A stretch of DNA of 64,000 nucleotides from the NCBI GenBank assembly GCA_963801355.1, contig CAWDEM010000008.1, positions 1,408,001 through 1,472,000 on the forward strand, read 5' to 3'. Source of the DNA: Ignavibacteriota bacterium. Its GTDB lineage: Bacteria; Bacteroidota; Ignavibacteria; UBA10030; UBA6906. Position numbers and translations under genes: made by a program. Under the pieces are notes generated by a model. It saw only the letters and a list, made by a program, of their open reading frames with translations, had not been told where the DNA came from and made no database searches. This document shows positions 19,461-29,662 of the stretch, in pieces (the first letter of the stretch is position 1; each line of letters begins with the position of its first letter).

Positions 19461-20827
19461 CTACCGGACACCCCACTTCTTCAGCCTGTATCTCAGATTG
19501 CGTTCGGAGATACCCAGGTTCTTTGCAGCTCTGGACTGGTTGCCTCCATGGATGCGGAGAGACTCGAACACAAGTTCCTTCTCGAGCTTTTCGACGGCAC
19601 CGGGGAGGTCTCCGGGAGACCCGGGCGCATGCGAGGGAGCCTCATGGGCGAGTCCCTTCACAACGGCCGGCAACTCGTCTGTTGTGATAACATCGCCTCG
19701 TGCAAGTATCACTGCACGCTGTACGATGTTCTCAAGTTCGCGGACATTGCCGGGGTAGTCGTACCGCAGAAGCGCACTCCACGCTTCTTTCGAAAAGCTC
19801 ATCTTCTTCCGCTGATGTTCTTGCGCATACCGGGCCAAATAGTGTTCGATCGTCGCAGGGATGTCGTCGCGCCGCTTTCTGAGCGGTGGAATCTCAATCG
19901 TCACAACATTGAGCCGGTAAAAAAGATCCTCGCGGAAGGTACCGGCCGCAATCATTTCCTCCAGATTTCTGTTGGTCGCAGCGACCACGCGAACATCCAC
20001 CTGCAACGTCTCAGAACCACCCACCCGCTCAAACGACTGTTCCTGAAGTACACGAAGGAGTTTCACCTGGACCGCCGACGGTACCTCGCCGATCTCATCG
20101 AGAAACATCGTCCCGCCGTTGGCCAATTCGAAGCGCCCCTTCCGTTGCCTGTCAGCCCCGTGAAGGCCCCGCGTTCATGGCCGAAGAGTTCGCTCTCTAG
20201 AAGGCTCTGGCTCAAGGCCGCGCAGTTGACTGCAACGAAAGCTCGATCCTTCCTCCCGCTGCTATAATGGATGGCGCGAGCAAGCAGTTCCTTGCCTGTG
20301 CCGCTCTCGCCGCAAATCAACACGGACGCCTTGCTCAGCGCCACCCGCCCCGCAGTGTTGAGCACCTCCTCCATTGCCGATGATTGGGAGACTATGCCGT
20401 CGAAAGAATACTTCTCGACCAATTGCTCTCTCAGTAATCGATTTTCGGAGAGAAGTCGCTGCCGCTCACTGACACGCGACACAAGGTGATCCAGGGCCTC
20501 GAGATCTATGGGCTTGGTGAGAAAATCGTATGCGCCCGCCCGCATTGCCTCCACTGCACCCTCAATCGTGCCGAACGCTGTCATCAGTATGACCGTTGAC
20601 TCAGGAAATGCGACTCGGACCTGGTTAAGCAGGTCATTTCCCGATTTGCCCGGCATCTTCACATCGGTGAAGACAATATCGACTGCCGATTTGCGCAGCT
20701 GCGCCATTGCCTCGTCGGCAGAAGCCGCTTCAACAACGGTGTGCCCCTGTTTCCTCAAATACCCGGCCAACACGCCTCTCTGGGGCGCTTCGTCGTCAAC
20801 AATAAGAATACGCGTTTGGTCAGTCAT
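19461..20827 (-). pseudogene. NtrC/ZraR-like sigma54-dependent response regulator, split by 1-bp frameshift (probably a sequencing error)
   Basis: REC (ILIVDDE, DVKMPG), GESGTGKEL, ESELFGHERGAFTG|, FLDEIGE, WPGN-like YPGNVREL, Fis HTH. One G is missing in the run at 20156-20159; adding it restores GAFTGADRQRKGRFE. Confidence 0.9.
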
Positions 20828-20911
20828 GGTCCTGGTTGTGTTCACACTTGCACTTTCTGAAAGACTGCATCCATATGCAAACAATAGTAGAACAATTTCG
20901 CAACCCCACCC

Positions 20912-21538
20912 CTATTTCCGCCTCGCCTGTACTACCACAAGATGCCTTCTTCCGGGTACGTCCTTGAACTCTTGAAGGACTTCCAGGTCCGATGATGCAA
21001 CCAGGCCGGCAATGCCTCCCCTGGCCACATACGACCTGAAGTTCCGGTAGTGATCCCTCCCCGCGGCCCGTTCCACCACTGTGTTCAGCACGGACGAGAA
21101 GCCTCCCGGTACAGGAACCAGGTAATCACCGATAACAACGCGATCAGCTATCCTGGCAACTTCATTGAGCAGCTTTGCCCTGTCTTCTGCCGCCACTTCA
21201 TGGAGAACATAGGTCAGTACTGCATAGTCAAAGTGTTCTTTCCCTTCCGAGAGGATTTCGCGGACACCGGTATGAACAAACGTCACACCTTCGAGGGGAG
21301 ATCTGGAGAGACGGAGTCGTGCTCGATCAACGTTGCGCTTCGAAAGTTCTATTCCCAGAACATTGGAACATTTGTCTGCAAGCGTAAACGCCAACCTCCC
21401 TGTTCCACACCCGACATCGAGAAGGGTTGAATCCGGAGGGAGGAGAGTTTTGATTTCGGCAAACAGGTCGTCCTGGTTCGGCGCAATCCACCTGTCGTAG
21501 AACCATCCGTCGTACCAGTGTGGTTTGTCGATCGGCAT
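20912..21538 (-). CDS. Class I SAM-dependent methyltransferase
   Basis: LLDVGCGTG, FDYAVLTYVLHE. Confidence 0.85.
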   Translation of the reverse strand: MPIDKPHWYDGWFYDRWIAPNQDDLFAEIKTLLPPDSTLLDVGCGTGRLAFTLADKCSNVLGIELSKRNVDRARLRLSRSPLEGVTFVHTGVREILSEGKEHFDYAVLTYVLHEVAAEDRAKLLNEVARIADRVVIGDYLVPVPGGFSSVLNTVVERAAGRDHYRNFRSYVARGGIAGLVASSDLEVLQEFKDVPGRRHLVVVQARRK

Positions 21539-21584
21539 CAGATGAACTACCCCACGGCGAAATGAGAACCGCAAAACAGGAATG

Positions 21585-22136
21585 CTACTTCAGCAACCTG
21601 TACAGCACAAGCGTACGAAGCGGGGTTTCAGCAAAGCTCCGATACCCTGTGGAGAGGGAAAGATCCCGTATGAACTCCTTCGTCAAGCGATGTTTGATGG
21701 GCGGGCCGAATTCCTCCTCTTTATACAGCCATTCCAGGATGAATGTACAGCACCGGGCGACTCGATATGCTTCATGCAGTGCTTGTGCATAATCGGACAC
21801 CTCGTGGAACACCACGCCAAAAAACGTCGAGTCAAAGGATCCGTCCGCGAAGGGAAGATCCTCTGCCCGGGCGACACTGAATTCGCCCTCCGGGACATGC
21901 CTCTGTGCTGCATCTATCATCTCAGCATTGATGTCGACCCCCGCAACAGCGATCCCTGCTTCGTGGAACGCTTCCGCAAACAGAGCGCTCCCCGTCCCGA
22001 TGTCCAGCAGGCTCTTGATGCTGCCCCCTTGAAGGCAATGTCCTACTACTTTCTCAACCTCAAGACGGTCTCTTCGTTCGGGTGACCGGAGTTTGTCCGG
22101 ACCATGACTATACACTCTTTCATTCGGCGAAGGCAC
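21585..22136 (-). CDS. Class I SAM-dependent methyltransferase
   Basis: LLDIGTGSA, AEDLPFADGSFD, VFHEV. Confidence 0.85.
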   Translation of the reverse strand: MPSPNERVYSHGPDKLRSPERRDRLEVEKVVGHCLQGGSIKSLLDIGTGSALFAEAFHEAGIAVAGVDINAEMIDAAQRHVPEGEFSVARAEDLPFADGSFDSTFFGVVFHEVSDYAQALHEAYRVARCCTFILEWLYKEEEFGPPIKHRLTKEFIRDLSLSTGYRSFAETPLRTLVLYRLLK

Positions 22137-22181
22137 TGTCAGCTCCGTTCAAAGCGCAATTTCATTTCTTCAAGGAGCAAT

Positions 22182-22739
22182 TCAAAGTAGCCTCTTGATT
22201 TCCGACTCGAACACGTGGCGGGGTCGAAACCCTTCAAACTTGTTTACAATGGTCCCGCTTTTATCGATGATGAACGTCGTGGGAATGCCCTCGATGCCGC
22301 CGTACTTCATTGATACCTCATCCGAACCGAGCAGCACCGGATAATTCATCCCGTTTTGCCGCGCAAACGCCTGTACCTTTTCCAGCTCATCCAGGGCAAT
22401 CCCGACGATTTGGACTCCTCGCGATCCATACTCCTTCTGCAAGTCGATGAAATCCGGGATCTCTCTCTTGCACGGAGGACACCACGTCGCCCAGAAATCC
22501 AGGACCACGACTTTCCCGCGGAAGTCAGCCAGCGAAACCGGCTTTCCATCCAGGTTCGTCAGAGTGAATGCGGGCGCCGCGCCCGTGAGTTCATTGGGTG
22601 GCAGCATTGGGTGTATGGCAGTCCCGGCCTTTGGATCACTCTTGCCAAACACATAGTAGCCCCCTACAACAATAACGGCTGCCAGAAGAATCCACGCGTA
22701 TGTCATGGAACGTTTCTTCGTCGGTGAATTTGGTTTCAT
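22182..22739 (-). CDS. TlpA/ResA-family membrane-anchored thiol-disulfide oxidoreductase
   Basis: N-terminal TM; APAFTL, GKVVVLDFWATWCPPC, GIPTTFIID. Confidence 0.92.
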   Translation of the reverse strand: MKPNSPTKKRSMTYAWILLAAVIVVGGYYVFGKSDPKAGTAIHPMLPPNELTGAAPAFTLTNLDGKPVSLADFRGKVVVLDFWATWCPPCKREIPDFIDLQKEYGSRGVQIVGIALDELEKVQAFARQNGMNYPVLLGSDEVSMKYGGIEGIPTTFIIDKSGTIVNKFEGFRPRHVFESEIKRLL

Positions 22740-22778
22740 AGGTCAATTCTCCCGGATCGTTCGGTCATCAAACAACAT

Positions 22779-22852
22779 TTATTCAAGGCCGCAGGCGCCA
22801 CCGCTGCATCCACCATCGGTACACGATGGCATGGATAATCGTATGTTGGCAT
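22779..22852 (-). pseudogene. Remnant of FmdB-family zinc-ribbon gene (internal deletion)
   Basis: GGAAGG RBS then MPTYDY; immediately after, in another frame, MPSCTDGGCSGGACGLE*; the CxxC core is missing. Confidence 0.6.
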
Positions 22853-22916
22853 GACGACCTTCCGTCAATTTGAGTTCTTAGCATGGGATGCATGGATGCC
22901 CCAAAAAGTGTCACCA

Positions 22917-23279
22917 TCACCGACCGATAATCATCTTCAGGCCGATCAGGATGACCATTGCACCGAAGATCTTTTCCAGCGTTGTCTCTGGCATTGACAC
23001 GGCAATCCGGGCTCCGGCCATGCTGCCAAGGAAAAAACCCCCAGCGAGCAGCACCGCCGCCGGGATATTGACGTATCCCTGCCGGAAATAGACCCATGCT
23101 GCGAGAATGCCCACAGGCAGAACGAGCATTGCGATGGTTGTCCCCTGCGCAGAATATTGTGACATACCGAAGAGAAAAACCAGCGCGGGGACAATGATCA
23201 CTCCTCCGCCGATTCCGACAATGCCGCTCAGCACTCCCGCAACAATACCAAGGATCACATAGCCGAAAGATGTTGTCAT
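22917..23279 (-). CDS. Half-size sulfite exporter TauE/SafE family protein
   Basis: GIVAGVLSGIVGIGGGVIIVP, AQGTT, GSMAGARIA; GAGG RBS. Confidence 0.88.
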   Translation of the reverse strand: MTTSFGYVILGIVAGVLSGIVGIGGGVIIVPALVFLFGMSQYSAQGTTIAMLVLPVGILAAWVYFRQGYVNIPAAVLLAGGFFLGSMAGARIAVSMPETTLEKIFGAMVILIGLKMIIGR

Positions 23280-23446
23280 ATGGATACCTCTTCCTATGGG
23301 ATGAAGGATATGGCCATTTCGAGTCAAGCCATCACTCTGCTCCGGGAATTCCCGGTAATAATATACGTGCTCCCGCCCATAGTTCCTGCCCCGTTCCACC
23401 GTTCACTGCATCTCATTACCTACAGCAAGGGGACCAGAAGAAAATC

Positions 23447-23638
23447 ATGCAAAATCTCGATATGACAGTAATCCTGGCCTGGGCCTGGCGGGTGACCCCG
23501 GTAATTGTCGGAGCTGCCGGCGGTTATCTCTTTTATCGTTTCGTGGGCTGCAAGAGCGGCGCCTGCCCTATCACGGGAAGCCCGTGGCTCAGCACAATCT
23601 ACGGGGCACTTCTCGGTGCGATGTTCGCAGCGCGGTGA
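23447..23638 (+). CDS. Small membrane protein, DUF6132-like
   Basis: GAAGGYLFYRFVGCKSGACPITGSPWLSTIYGALLG. Confidence 0.75.
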   Translation: MQNLDMTVILAWAWRVTPVIVGAAGGYLFYRFVGCKSGACPITGSPWLSTIYGALLGAMFAAR

Positions 23639-23705
23639 TAGCCGGGGGGAGTGTTTGCGGCGGGAGATTCAACTCCATTTGCGCTTCGTGAAACCTCGCC
23701 TCGCG

Positions 23706-26048
23706 TCACCCGCTCTTCGCATCTGACGGCCCCAGTATGATAGCCCTGTACCGCTGGTACAAATACGACACGGTGAGCAAAATCAGGCCGAGGGCAACGA
23801 ACGAGAAGATGCGGTAGAGCGTATCGAGAAACGAGAGATCGTATGTGAAGATCTTCAGGATGGTGATGCCAAACAGCACCATCGCTATGAGCCGCAGAGT
23901 GCGGGTTCGGCGCCAGATACCGAAGGTCATCACGGCGATGGAGAACACAAGCCAGATCCCGGACAGCGAAAGCTGCTTAAGGTTCTCCAAACGCGCAGCT
24001 TCTGCGACGCTTCCCTGAACGGCTGAACTTCCCGCAGAGGCCATGGCCTGCTCAAACATGTCTCTCGTTTCTCCCGTGAACAACACAAGCAGCAATGCGA
24101 CACCGACAATCAGTATTGCCTCGCGGAGCTCCGGGATCCAAGTGGACTGCACCCGGCTATTCCCCAACCAGCGGATTCCCAGAAACATGACTGCTGCAAT
24201 GAAGAGAAGGGCGTAGACTCTGATGTTGAACACGGGGGTAAAGGCCGTCAGAGGATCAAATGCAATGCCGCGCAGTCCGGCGAGGCATGCCGCGACAAGC
24301 GCCAATGAGATTCCGGAGAACAGGACCGGTCGAATGTCAGCACGCCGTGCCAACCATACCAGAACGAGCGCATACAGGGACCAGACCAGGGCCATCACCA
24401 TCCAGCGGGTGAATGCAAGAGCTTCCTGTTGGTGATCGCTCGCACCGTTCATCCACGAGCGGAAGAGATCATTTGTTTCGACGGTCAGCAGAGTGAACAG
24501 AAGGAGAATCCACCCATAGTGGAGCGTTTCCGTCAACACGGTGGAGTCGGAGAGTCTTGCCTTACGAACGAGATACACCGAGGCACAGACCGATGCGGCA
24601 AGAAAGACGTACGCCAGGGCACGCAAGCTCAGAAGCGGCCGATATCCTTCGAGCGATAACGCGGCCAGCGATCCGTCCAGACTGAGGAGCGTGAGCGCCG
24701 TAATGCCGAAGAGCACGAGACCCGCAATCCAGACATAGCGCCGGTGAGATCGCGTCCCCACCCACACGAGTAGCAAGCCCTCAATCGTCCAGAGGAGCGC
24801 GATGGTGAAACTTTCATACTGAAGGGCCACGGCCCATGCAAGAAATGTGAACCCTGTAAGGCCATACTGGATCGCTGCCCCGTTGACGCCAGAGAGGCGC
24901 CGTTCGACGAAAAGGTTGGAGCTGATGTACAGTGTCGCTGCGATCGCTGCGGCACATGCCGTCGAAGAGACACCGTGCGGAATACAAATGCCGTAGAGGG
25001 CCGCAAAGGCGAGCACGGCATGGAGCCAGCAGAGTGCCCGGCGGAATTCGGCGAAGGAGCGTTGAGCTGTGACGACCCGAAAAAGGTCGACACCATGGTA
25101 GATCGCCCAGAGCAATCCGAGGAAGATAAGTGCGGTAAGCGTAAGAGCCGTCGTGTAGTACGCCTGGAGCCAGGAAAAGAAGATGGCATACGTGCCAACG
25201 AGCGAAAGCGGCTCAAGGAGCACCCATGGTGCTTTCCGCAGGAGAACTCCCATCACGCCCAGGTTGAGGGCGATCAGGTATGCGAAGAGTCCGACTTCGT
25301 GTGACTCGCCGGTGCTGAGTATCACCGGTGTGAGCAGTCCACCGAGACATGCCAGGAACGATACAGCAAGCGAATCATTCCGGAACGCTTCCAGAAAGGC
25401 AACCACCGTGACGGCTCCCATCAACCCGAATGCCACCTGAAGCGAGACAAGCTGATAGAAGTTGAAGGACGCATATACTGAGAGGTAAAGGATTGCGATA
25501 CCCGCGCCGACGAGGCCCTGCGAGAAAATCTGGAACCCTTTCTTGTGCGTGCGGTCCGCCCCCCAAAGACAAATGACGCCGACCGCTACGCCGATCAAGA
25601 CCCGCGTGAGTTCATTGATCCACTGATTGTCAATTGCGTGCTTCAGGAAGAACCCCACACCGATGATCAGGGCAAGCGCTCCTATACGATTCAGGAGTTT
25701 CCCCCCGATCAGCGCCTCCCATTCCTCTCGAGTGCGAGAGGGCGGCAACGGAGCAGGCGCGGTTTCCTGGGGCACGAAAGCAGGTCGGTCCACCACTGCA
25801 TGCGGCACCGCACTTTCGCCTGCAGACGCGATTGTGACTGCTGGAGGCGCAACTGCGGCGACGATAGTCACTTTCGGTGCAGGCGGCTCCGCGGGCCTGG
25901 GTGATGTCACTGTCTCCCGCGGTCTCCGCTCAAGTATGCTGACCCTGTCGTCCAGCTCCCTGAATTTCGAGGTGAGGTAGAACATCCTCGCGACGACAAC
26001 GACGAGCAGGGCAAGTGCAATCGTAACGAGAGCGGCGAGTCCTTCCAT
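23706..26048 (-). CDS. DUF2339 predicted membrane protein
   Basis: WEALIGGKLLNRIGALALIIGVGFFLK, LYLSVYASFNFY, KIFTYDLS...YRIFSF; many TM helices. Confidence 0.85.
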   Translation of the reverse strand: MEGLAALVTIALALLVVVVARMFYLTSKFRELDDRVSILERRPRETVTSPRPAEPPAPKVTIVAAVAPPAVTIASAGESAVPHAVVDRPAFVPQETAPAPLPPSRTREEWEALIGGKLLNRIGALALIIGVGFFLKHAIDNQWINELTRVLIGVAVGVICLWGADRTHKKGFQIFSQGLVGAGIAILYLSVYASFNFYQLVSLQVAFGLMGAVTVVAFLEAFRNDSLAVSFLACLGGLLTPVILSTGESHEVGLFAYLIALNLGVMGVLLRKAPWVLLEPLSLVGTYAIFFSWLQAYYTTALTLTALIFLGLLWAIYHGVDLFRVVTAQRSFAEFRRALCWLHAVLAFAALYGICIPHGVSSTACAAAIAATLYISSNLFVERRLSGVNGAAIQYGLTGFTFLAWAVALQYESFTIALLWTIEGLLLVWVGTRSHRRYVWIAGLVLFGITALTLLSLDGSLAALSLEGYRPLLSLRALAYVFLAASVCASVYLVRKARLSDSTVLTETLHYGWILLLFTLLTVETNDLFRSWMNGASDHQQEALAFTRWMVMALVWSLYALVLVWLARRADIRPVLFSGISLALVAACLAGLRGIAFDPLTAFTPVFNIRVYALLFIAAVMFLGIRWLGNSRVQSTWIPELREAILIVGVALLLVLFTGETRDMFEQAMASAGSSAVQGSVAEAARLENLKQLSLSGIWLVFSIAVMTFGIWRRTRTLRLIAMVLFGITILKIFTYDLSFLDTLYRIFSFVALGLILLTVSYLYQRYRAIILGPSDAKSG

Positions 26049-26134
26049 GGGAATCTCCAATCTCTGTACAGTGATTACCGGGTCACTTCCTGAGTTCTTT
26101 CCTGTCGTGCCAATTGAGAAGGAAGAGCGCGCCG

Positions 26135-27256
26135 CTATTGCAGATATTCCTGCAGGCGCTTGACAAGAAGCTTGTTGCAGTCTTCCCGGGACGTTGGTTT
26201 CACGCTCTGGTATTCGGAATGATGCGAATTCTGAAGATCCACGATCACCCACTCCCCGCTGCGGTCACACACGACAAAGTGCACAAACCCCTGTTCCCAC
26301 CGTTCGGGATTGAAGACATAGTCTGCGTAGAGAACATAATCGGCATCAGTGGGGTTCTTCCTGCAGTACTCCTTGAAGTCGCGCGCCAGGGCCCAGAGGA
26401 CCTTCATTTCGTTGGGATCAGCCTGAGAGGCTTTGAGCAACGGAGACTGCACTGCGGGGACTGATGTGCAGAGGCCCGCTTTGCTGATCATCGTTGCGAG
26501 TTCGACCGCGCTGGCCGCGTTGACCGCACCGCCAACACGCACAGGAAAGACCACCAGCTTTGCCGATTTCCCGGATTCCTTCAGCAGCTTCTGTCGTTCC
26601 GGCAGCTGCGCCCGTTCACTCTCAGGCGGCAGTCCGCTTCGCTCTTCCATGCGCCGAGCCATTGCACCCGGCTTTGCGGCTTTTGCTGTTTCCTCGTTGA
26701 GGCCAAGGGCTGGACTTAGTCGCTGGACCAGAAGGACCGAGAATGTCATTGGCTCCTTTTGCTCGAGTTGCTGCATCGCTTCATCCTGCGCGCCCAGACG
26801 GTCCATCCAGACAACACGGCCGGCTTTGTCAACAACAACCGCGCGGAGCTCCACGAGCCCGATCTCACGGTTACCATTGAACTCAGCGTACAGGGCATAT
26901 GCCGTAGTGACCGGGTTCTTCTTCACGAATTCACCCAGTGAGTCGGCGAGCCTGGCCATCTCAATGCCGATCGCAGGGGTGAACGGCTTCGAGAACAGCT
27001 CGATATTCTTCAACCCCTGCTGTTCAAGAAGCACCCCGACCACTTCCGATACCCGGTCGAATGGTTGCCCCGCAAGCACGACGGGAAGGACCGTCAGTGA
27101 TCCCTCGGTGCCCCTGGACGCCATCAGCTCAAGCCTCTTCTGCTGCTCTGCAGACACTGACGATCTGTTCGTCGTTTCCTGGCCGAACACCCATGGCGAG
27201 ACGCCAAGAATGCAGGCCAGGAGAATGCCCATAGCAGGTTTCAATGATCGTTCCAT
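26135..27256 (-). CDS. Secreted hypothetical protein with internal domain duplication
   Basis: AAGGAG RBS, signal peptide; two similar halves (LTVLPVVLAG..YALYAEF..VVVDKAG / LVVFPVRVGG..YVLYADY..VVCDRSG). Confidence 0.75.
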   Translation of the reverse strand: MERSLKPAMGILLACILGVSPWVFGQETTNRSSVSAEQQKRLELMASRGTEGSLTVLPVVLAGQPFDRVSEVVGVLLEQQGLKNIELFSKPFTPAIGIEMARLADSLGEFVKKNPVTTAYALYAEFNGNREIGLVELRAVVVDKAGRVVWMDRLGAQDEAMQQLEQKEPMTFSVLLVQRLSPALGLNEETAKAAKPGAMARRMEERSGLPPESERAQLPERQKLLKESGKSAKLVVFPVRVGGAVNAASAVELATMISKAGLCTSVPAVQSPLLKASQADPNEMKVLWALARDFKEYCRKNPTDADYVLYADYVFNPERWEQGFVHFVVCDRSGEWVIVDLQNSHHSEYQSVKPTSREDCNKLLVKRLQEYLQ

Positions 27257-27427
27257 TGCGGTGCTCCTTTCCTGGTGTTCATTGCAGGGATGGCCACCCT
27301 CGGACCACCCGTCCGTAGCCATGATAAGGTATTCAGAGGGCCCGGACATATCAGGAATCTACCAGGAACTATAAGATTTCTCGCGCATTATGAAGAACGT
27401 TGGGCGGGCGGAGAGAGAAGATTGGGA

Positions 27428-29644
27428 TTACACACCGGCGCCCGGGGCGCCGGCCTTCCGCCTCACCTGGCTGGGCACGATGCCAAACTGCTCGTGGAAA
27501 CATTTGGTGAGGTATGCGGGGCTTCCGAACCCCACCGTGTAGGCGATCTCGGAAACCGTACCGGCGTCACGTTCGATGAGGTCCTTCGCCCGCTGGAGAC
27601 GCACCGACCGTATCAACTGATTCGGGGACTGGTTGACAAGTGCGGTGAGCTTCCGGTGGAGCTGGCTGTAACTCATTGCGACATCGCGCGCCAGGTCTTC
27701 AACGCTGAATCTCTCATTCCCCATGCACTGCTCGATCGATGCCATGACCTTCGTCAGGAATGTCTCATCCATGGAAGTGATCGCGATTTCGGAAGGCTTC
27801 AGTGCCGTGGTGTGGGCAAAGCGCTCGCGCAGGCGTTTGCGCCCCTGAACGAGATTACGAATACGGGTTTCAAGCTCCGACCAATCGAATGGCTTGAGTA
27901 CATAATCGTCGGCACCGGTCTCGAGTCCAGCCATTTTCGTCTCCTGATCGGCCCTGGCTGTGAGGAGAAGAACCGGGATGTGGCTTGTCCGTATATCGTC
28001 TTTCAGGCACCGGCAGAGCTGGATGCCATCCACGACCGGCATGCCGACGTCGCTGATGACGATATCGGGGATGATGTCGCGGGCGATGGAGAGTCCGATT
28101 TCCCCGTCGGATGCTTCAAAGATCCTGAATGACCTTTTCAGGTTTTGACAGAGATGCCGCCGCATGTCCGGGTCGTCCTCTATGATCAACATCAAGGGGA
28201 GACCAGCCGCCACCGGCTGATGCAATTCCGATTGCCCGCCTGGTGCGGGGACTCCGTCGGCAGATTCCAGTTTGTGCGGACCGGGGATCACGTACCGAGG
28301 TTCTTCCCCCATCATCTCTTCAGGTGCGAAGCAGCTCCGGTCGATGGGCAGCTGCACGGTGAACGTGGATCCCCGATGTTCATCGCTTGTCACGTTGATC
28401 GCGCCGTGGTGAATCTCCGCGAGCCCCTTGGTAAGGGCAAGTCCGAGCCCCGTACCGGCCTGCCAGTCGGTTTCCTCCACCTGATAGTACCGGTCGAAGA
28501 GACGCGCCAGCTTGTCGGCGGGGATGCCGCGTCCACTGTCGGCGACGGTGAGAGCAGCCCATCGCGCTGATGCGGGTCCGGCGTCGATCAGCGTTAGTGC
28601 CACTTCCACCGTCCCGCTCTGTGGAGTGAACTTGAGTGCATTCGAAAGGAGATTGTAGAGCATCGTCTCGACTTTCTCGCGATCGAAGAAGCCTGGCAAT
28701 GTCGCTGGGGCAGGCGCGAACCGGAGTGTAATGCCCTTCTGTTCCGCCAGAGGGTGGAAGGATTCCACGACCGAGTGTACGAGCGGAACGAGGTCTCCCT
28801 CATCGATGTGGAGCTTCAGGCTTTTTGCTTCGAGCCGGGAGAGATCGAGGAGATTGGTGATGAGGCGGAGGAGGCGGTGTGCATTGCGCCGGATCCGACG
28901 ATATTCTTCCTGCGGATCGCTCTCCCGCGCGTGCGCGATGAGTTGTTCGATGGGTCCGAGTATCAACGTAAGGGGTGCCCGGAATTCGTGCGAGATGTCG
29001 GCAAAGAAGCGGGATTTGAGTTCATCCAGCTCACGCCATTTCTCGGTTTCCAGGCGTGCAACGGCCAGTTCCGCTTTCTTCCGGTTGGTTTCTTCCTGAA
29101 GACGGGCATTCACGATCAGTTGCCCTGCCTGTGCGCTCAGAATCATCAGAAGGCGTTGATCGTCCTTCGTAAAAGAGTGGCCCCCCTTCTTGTTCACCAT
29201 CATGAACACACCGGTGAGACGGCCCTGGTTGACAATCGGCACACAGAGCACCGACCGGACGTCTGCCCGTTCTTGTTCATTTGTCTCGAATCTGCGGTCG
29301 GTGGCGAGGTTTTCGATGAGCAGGGGTTTCCTGTCATACATGACAGCGCCGGTGATATGAGTCCCTATGTGGTAGTTGTGACGGAGCGAGCTCCGATTGT
29401 CCTGGCGGATAAATGTCGTCAGGGATGTGTCGGTCTCGCCCGTTACCAGGAGAATCGAACCTTGCTCGGCGTCGACCACCTTAAGCGACTTGTCGATGAT
29501 CATCCCCAGCATCGCCTCGAGGGAGCCGGCGCCGCTGGCTTCCAGAGCGATGTCGTTGAGGAGCTTGAGCTCTTCGACCGCAGCCTGGAGACGCTGGATT
29601 TCCTCGTGAGGGTCCGGCATGTGGCGTGGTGGATGTGCCTTCAT
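27428..29644 (-). CDS. Hybrid sensor kinase/response regulator: GAF-HisKA-HATPase-REC-AraC HTH
   Basis: GAF (SVLCVPI..GVFMMVNK), ISHEFRAPL, NLLSNALKFT, GTGLGL, IIEDD/SDVGMP, VSEIAYTVGFGSPAYLTKCF. Confidence 0.92.
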   Translation of the reverse strand: MKAHPPRHMPDPHEEIQRLQAAVEELKLLNDIALEASGAGSLEAMLGMIIDKSLKVVDAEQGSILLVTGETDTSLTTFIRQDNRSSLRHNYHIGTHITGAVMYDRKPLLIENLATDRRFETNEQERADVRSVLCVPIVNQGRLTGVFMMVNKKGGHSFTKDDQRLLMILSAQAGQLIVNARLQEETNRKKAELAVARLETEKWRELDELKSRFFADISHEFRAPLTLILGPIEQLIAHARESDPQEEYRRIRRNAHRLLRLITNLLDLSRLEAKSLKLHIDEGDLVPLVHSVVESFHPLAEQKGITLRFAPAPATLPGFFDREKVETMLYNLLSNALKFTPQSGTVEVALTLIDAGPASARWAALTVADSGRGIPADKLARLFDRYYQVEETDWQAGTGLGLALTKGLAEIHHGAINVTSDEHRGSTFTVQLPIDRSCFAPEEMMGEEPRYVIPGPHKLESADGVPAPGGQSELHQPVAAGLPLMLIIEDDPDMRRHLCQNLKRSFRIFEASDGEIGLSIARDIIPDIVISDVGMPVVDGIQLCRCLKDDIRTSHIPVLLLTARADQETKMAGLETGADDYVLKPFDWSELETRIRNLVQGRKRLRERFAHTTALKPSEIAITSMDETFLTKVMASIEQCMGNERFSVEDLARDVAMSYSQLHRKLTALVNQSPNQLIRSVRLQRAKDLIERDAGTVSEIAYTVGFGSPAYLTKCFHEQFGIVPSQVRRKAGAPGAGV

Positions 29645-29662
29645 GTGTGTATCATCGGCGTG

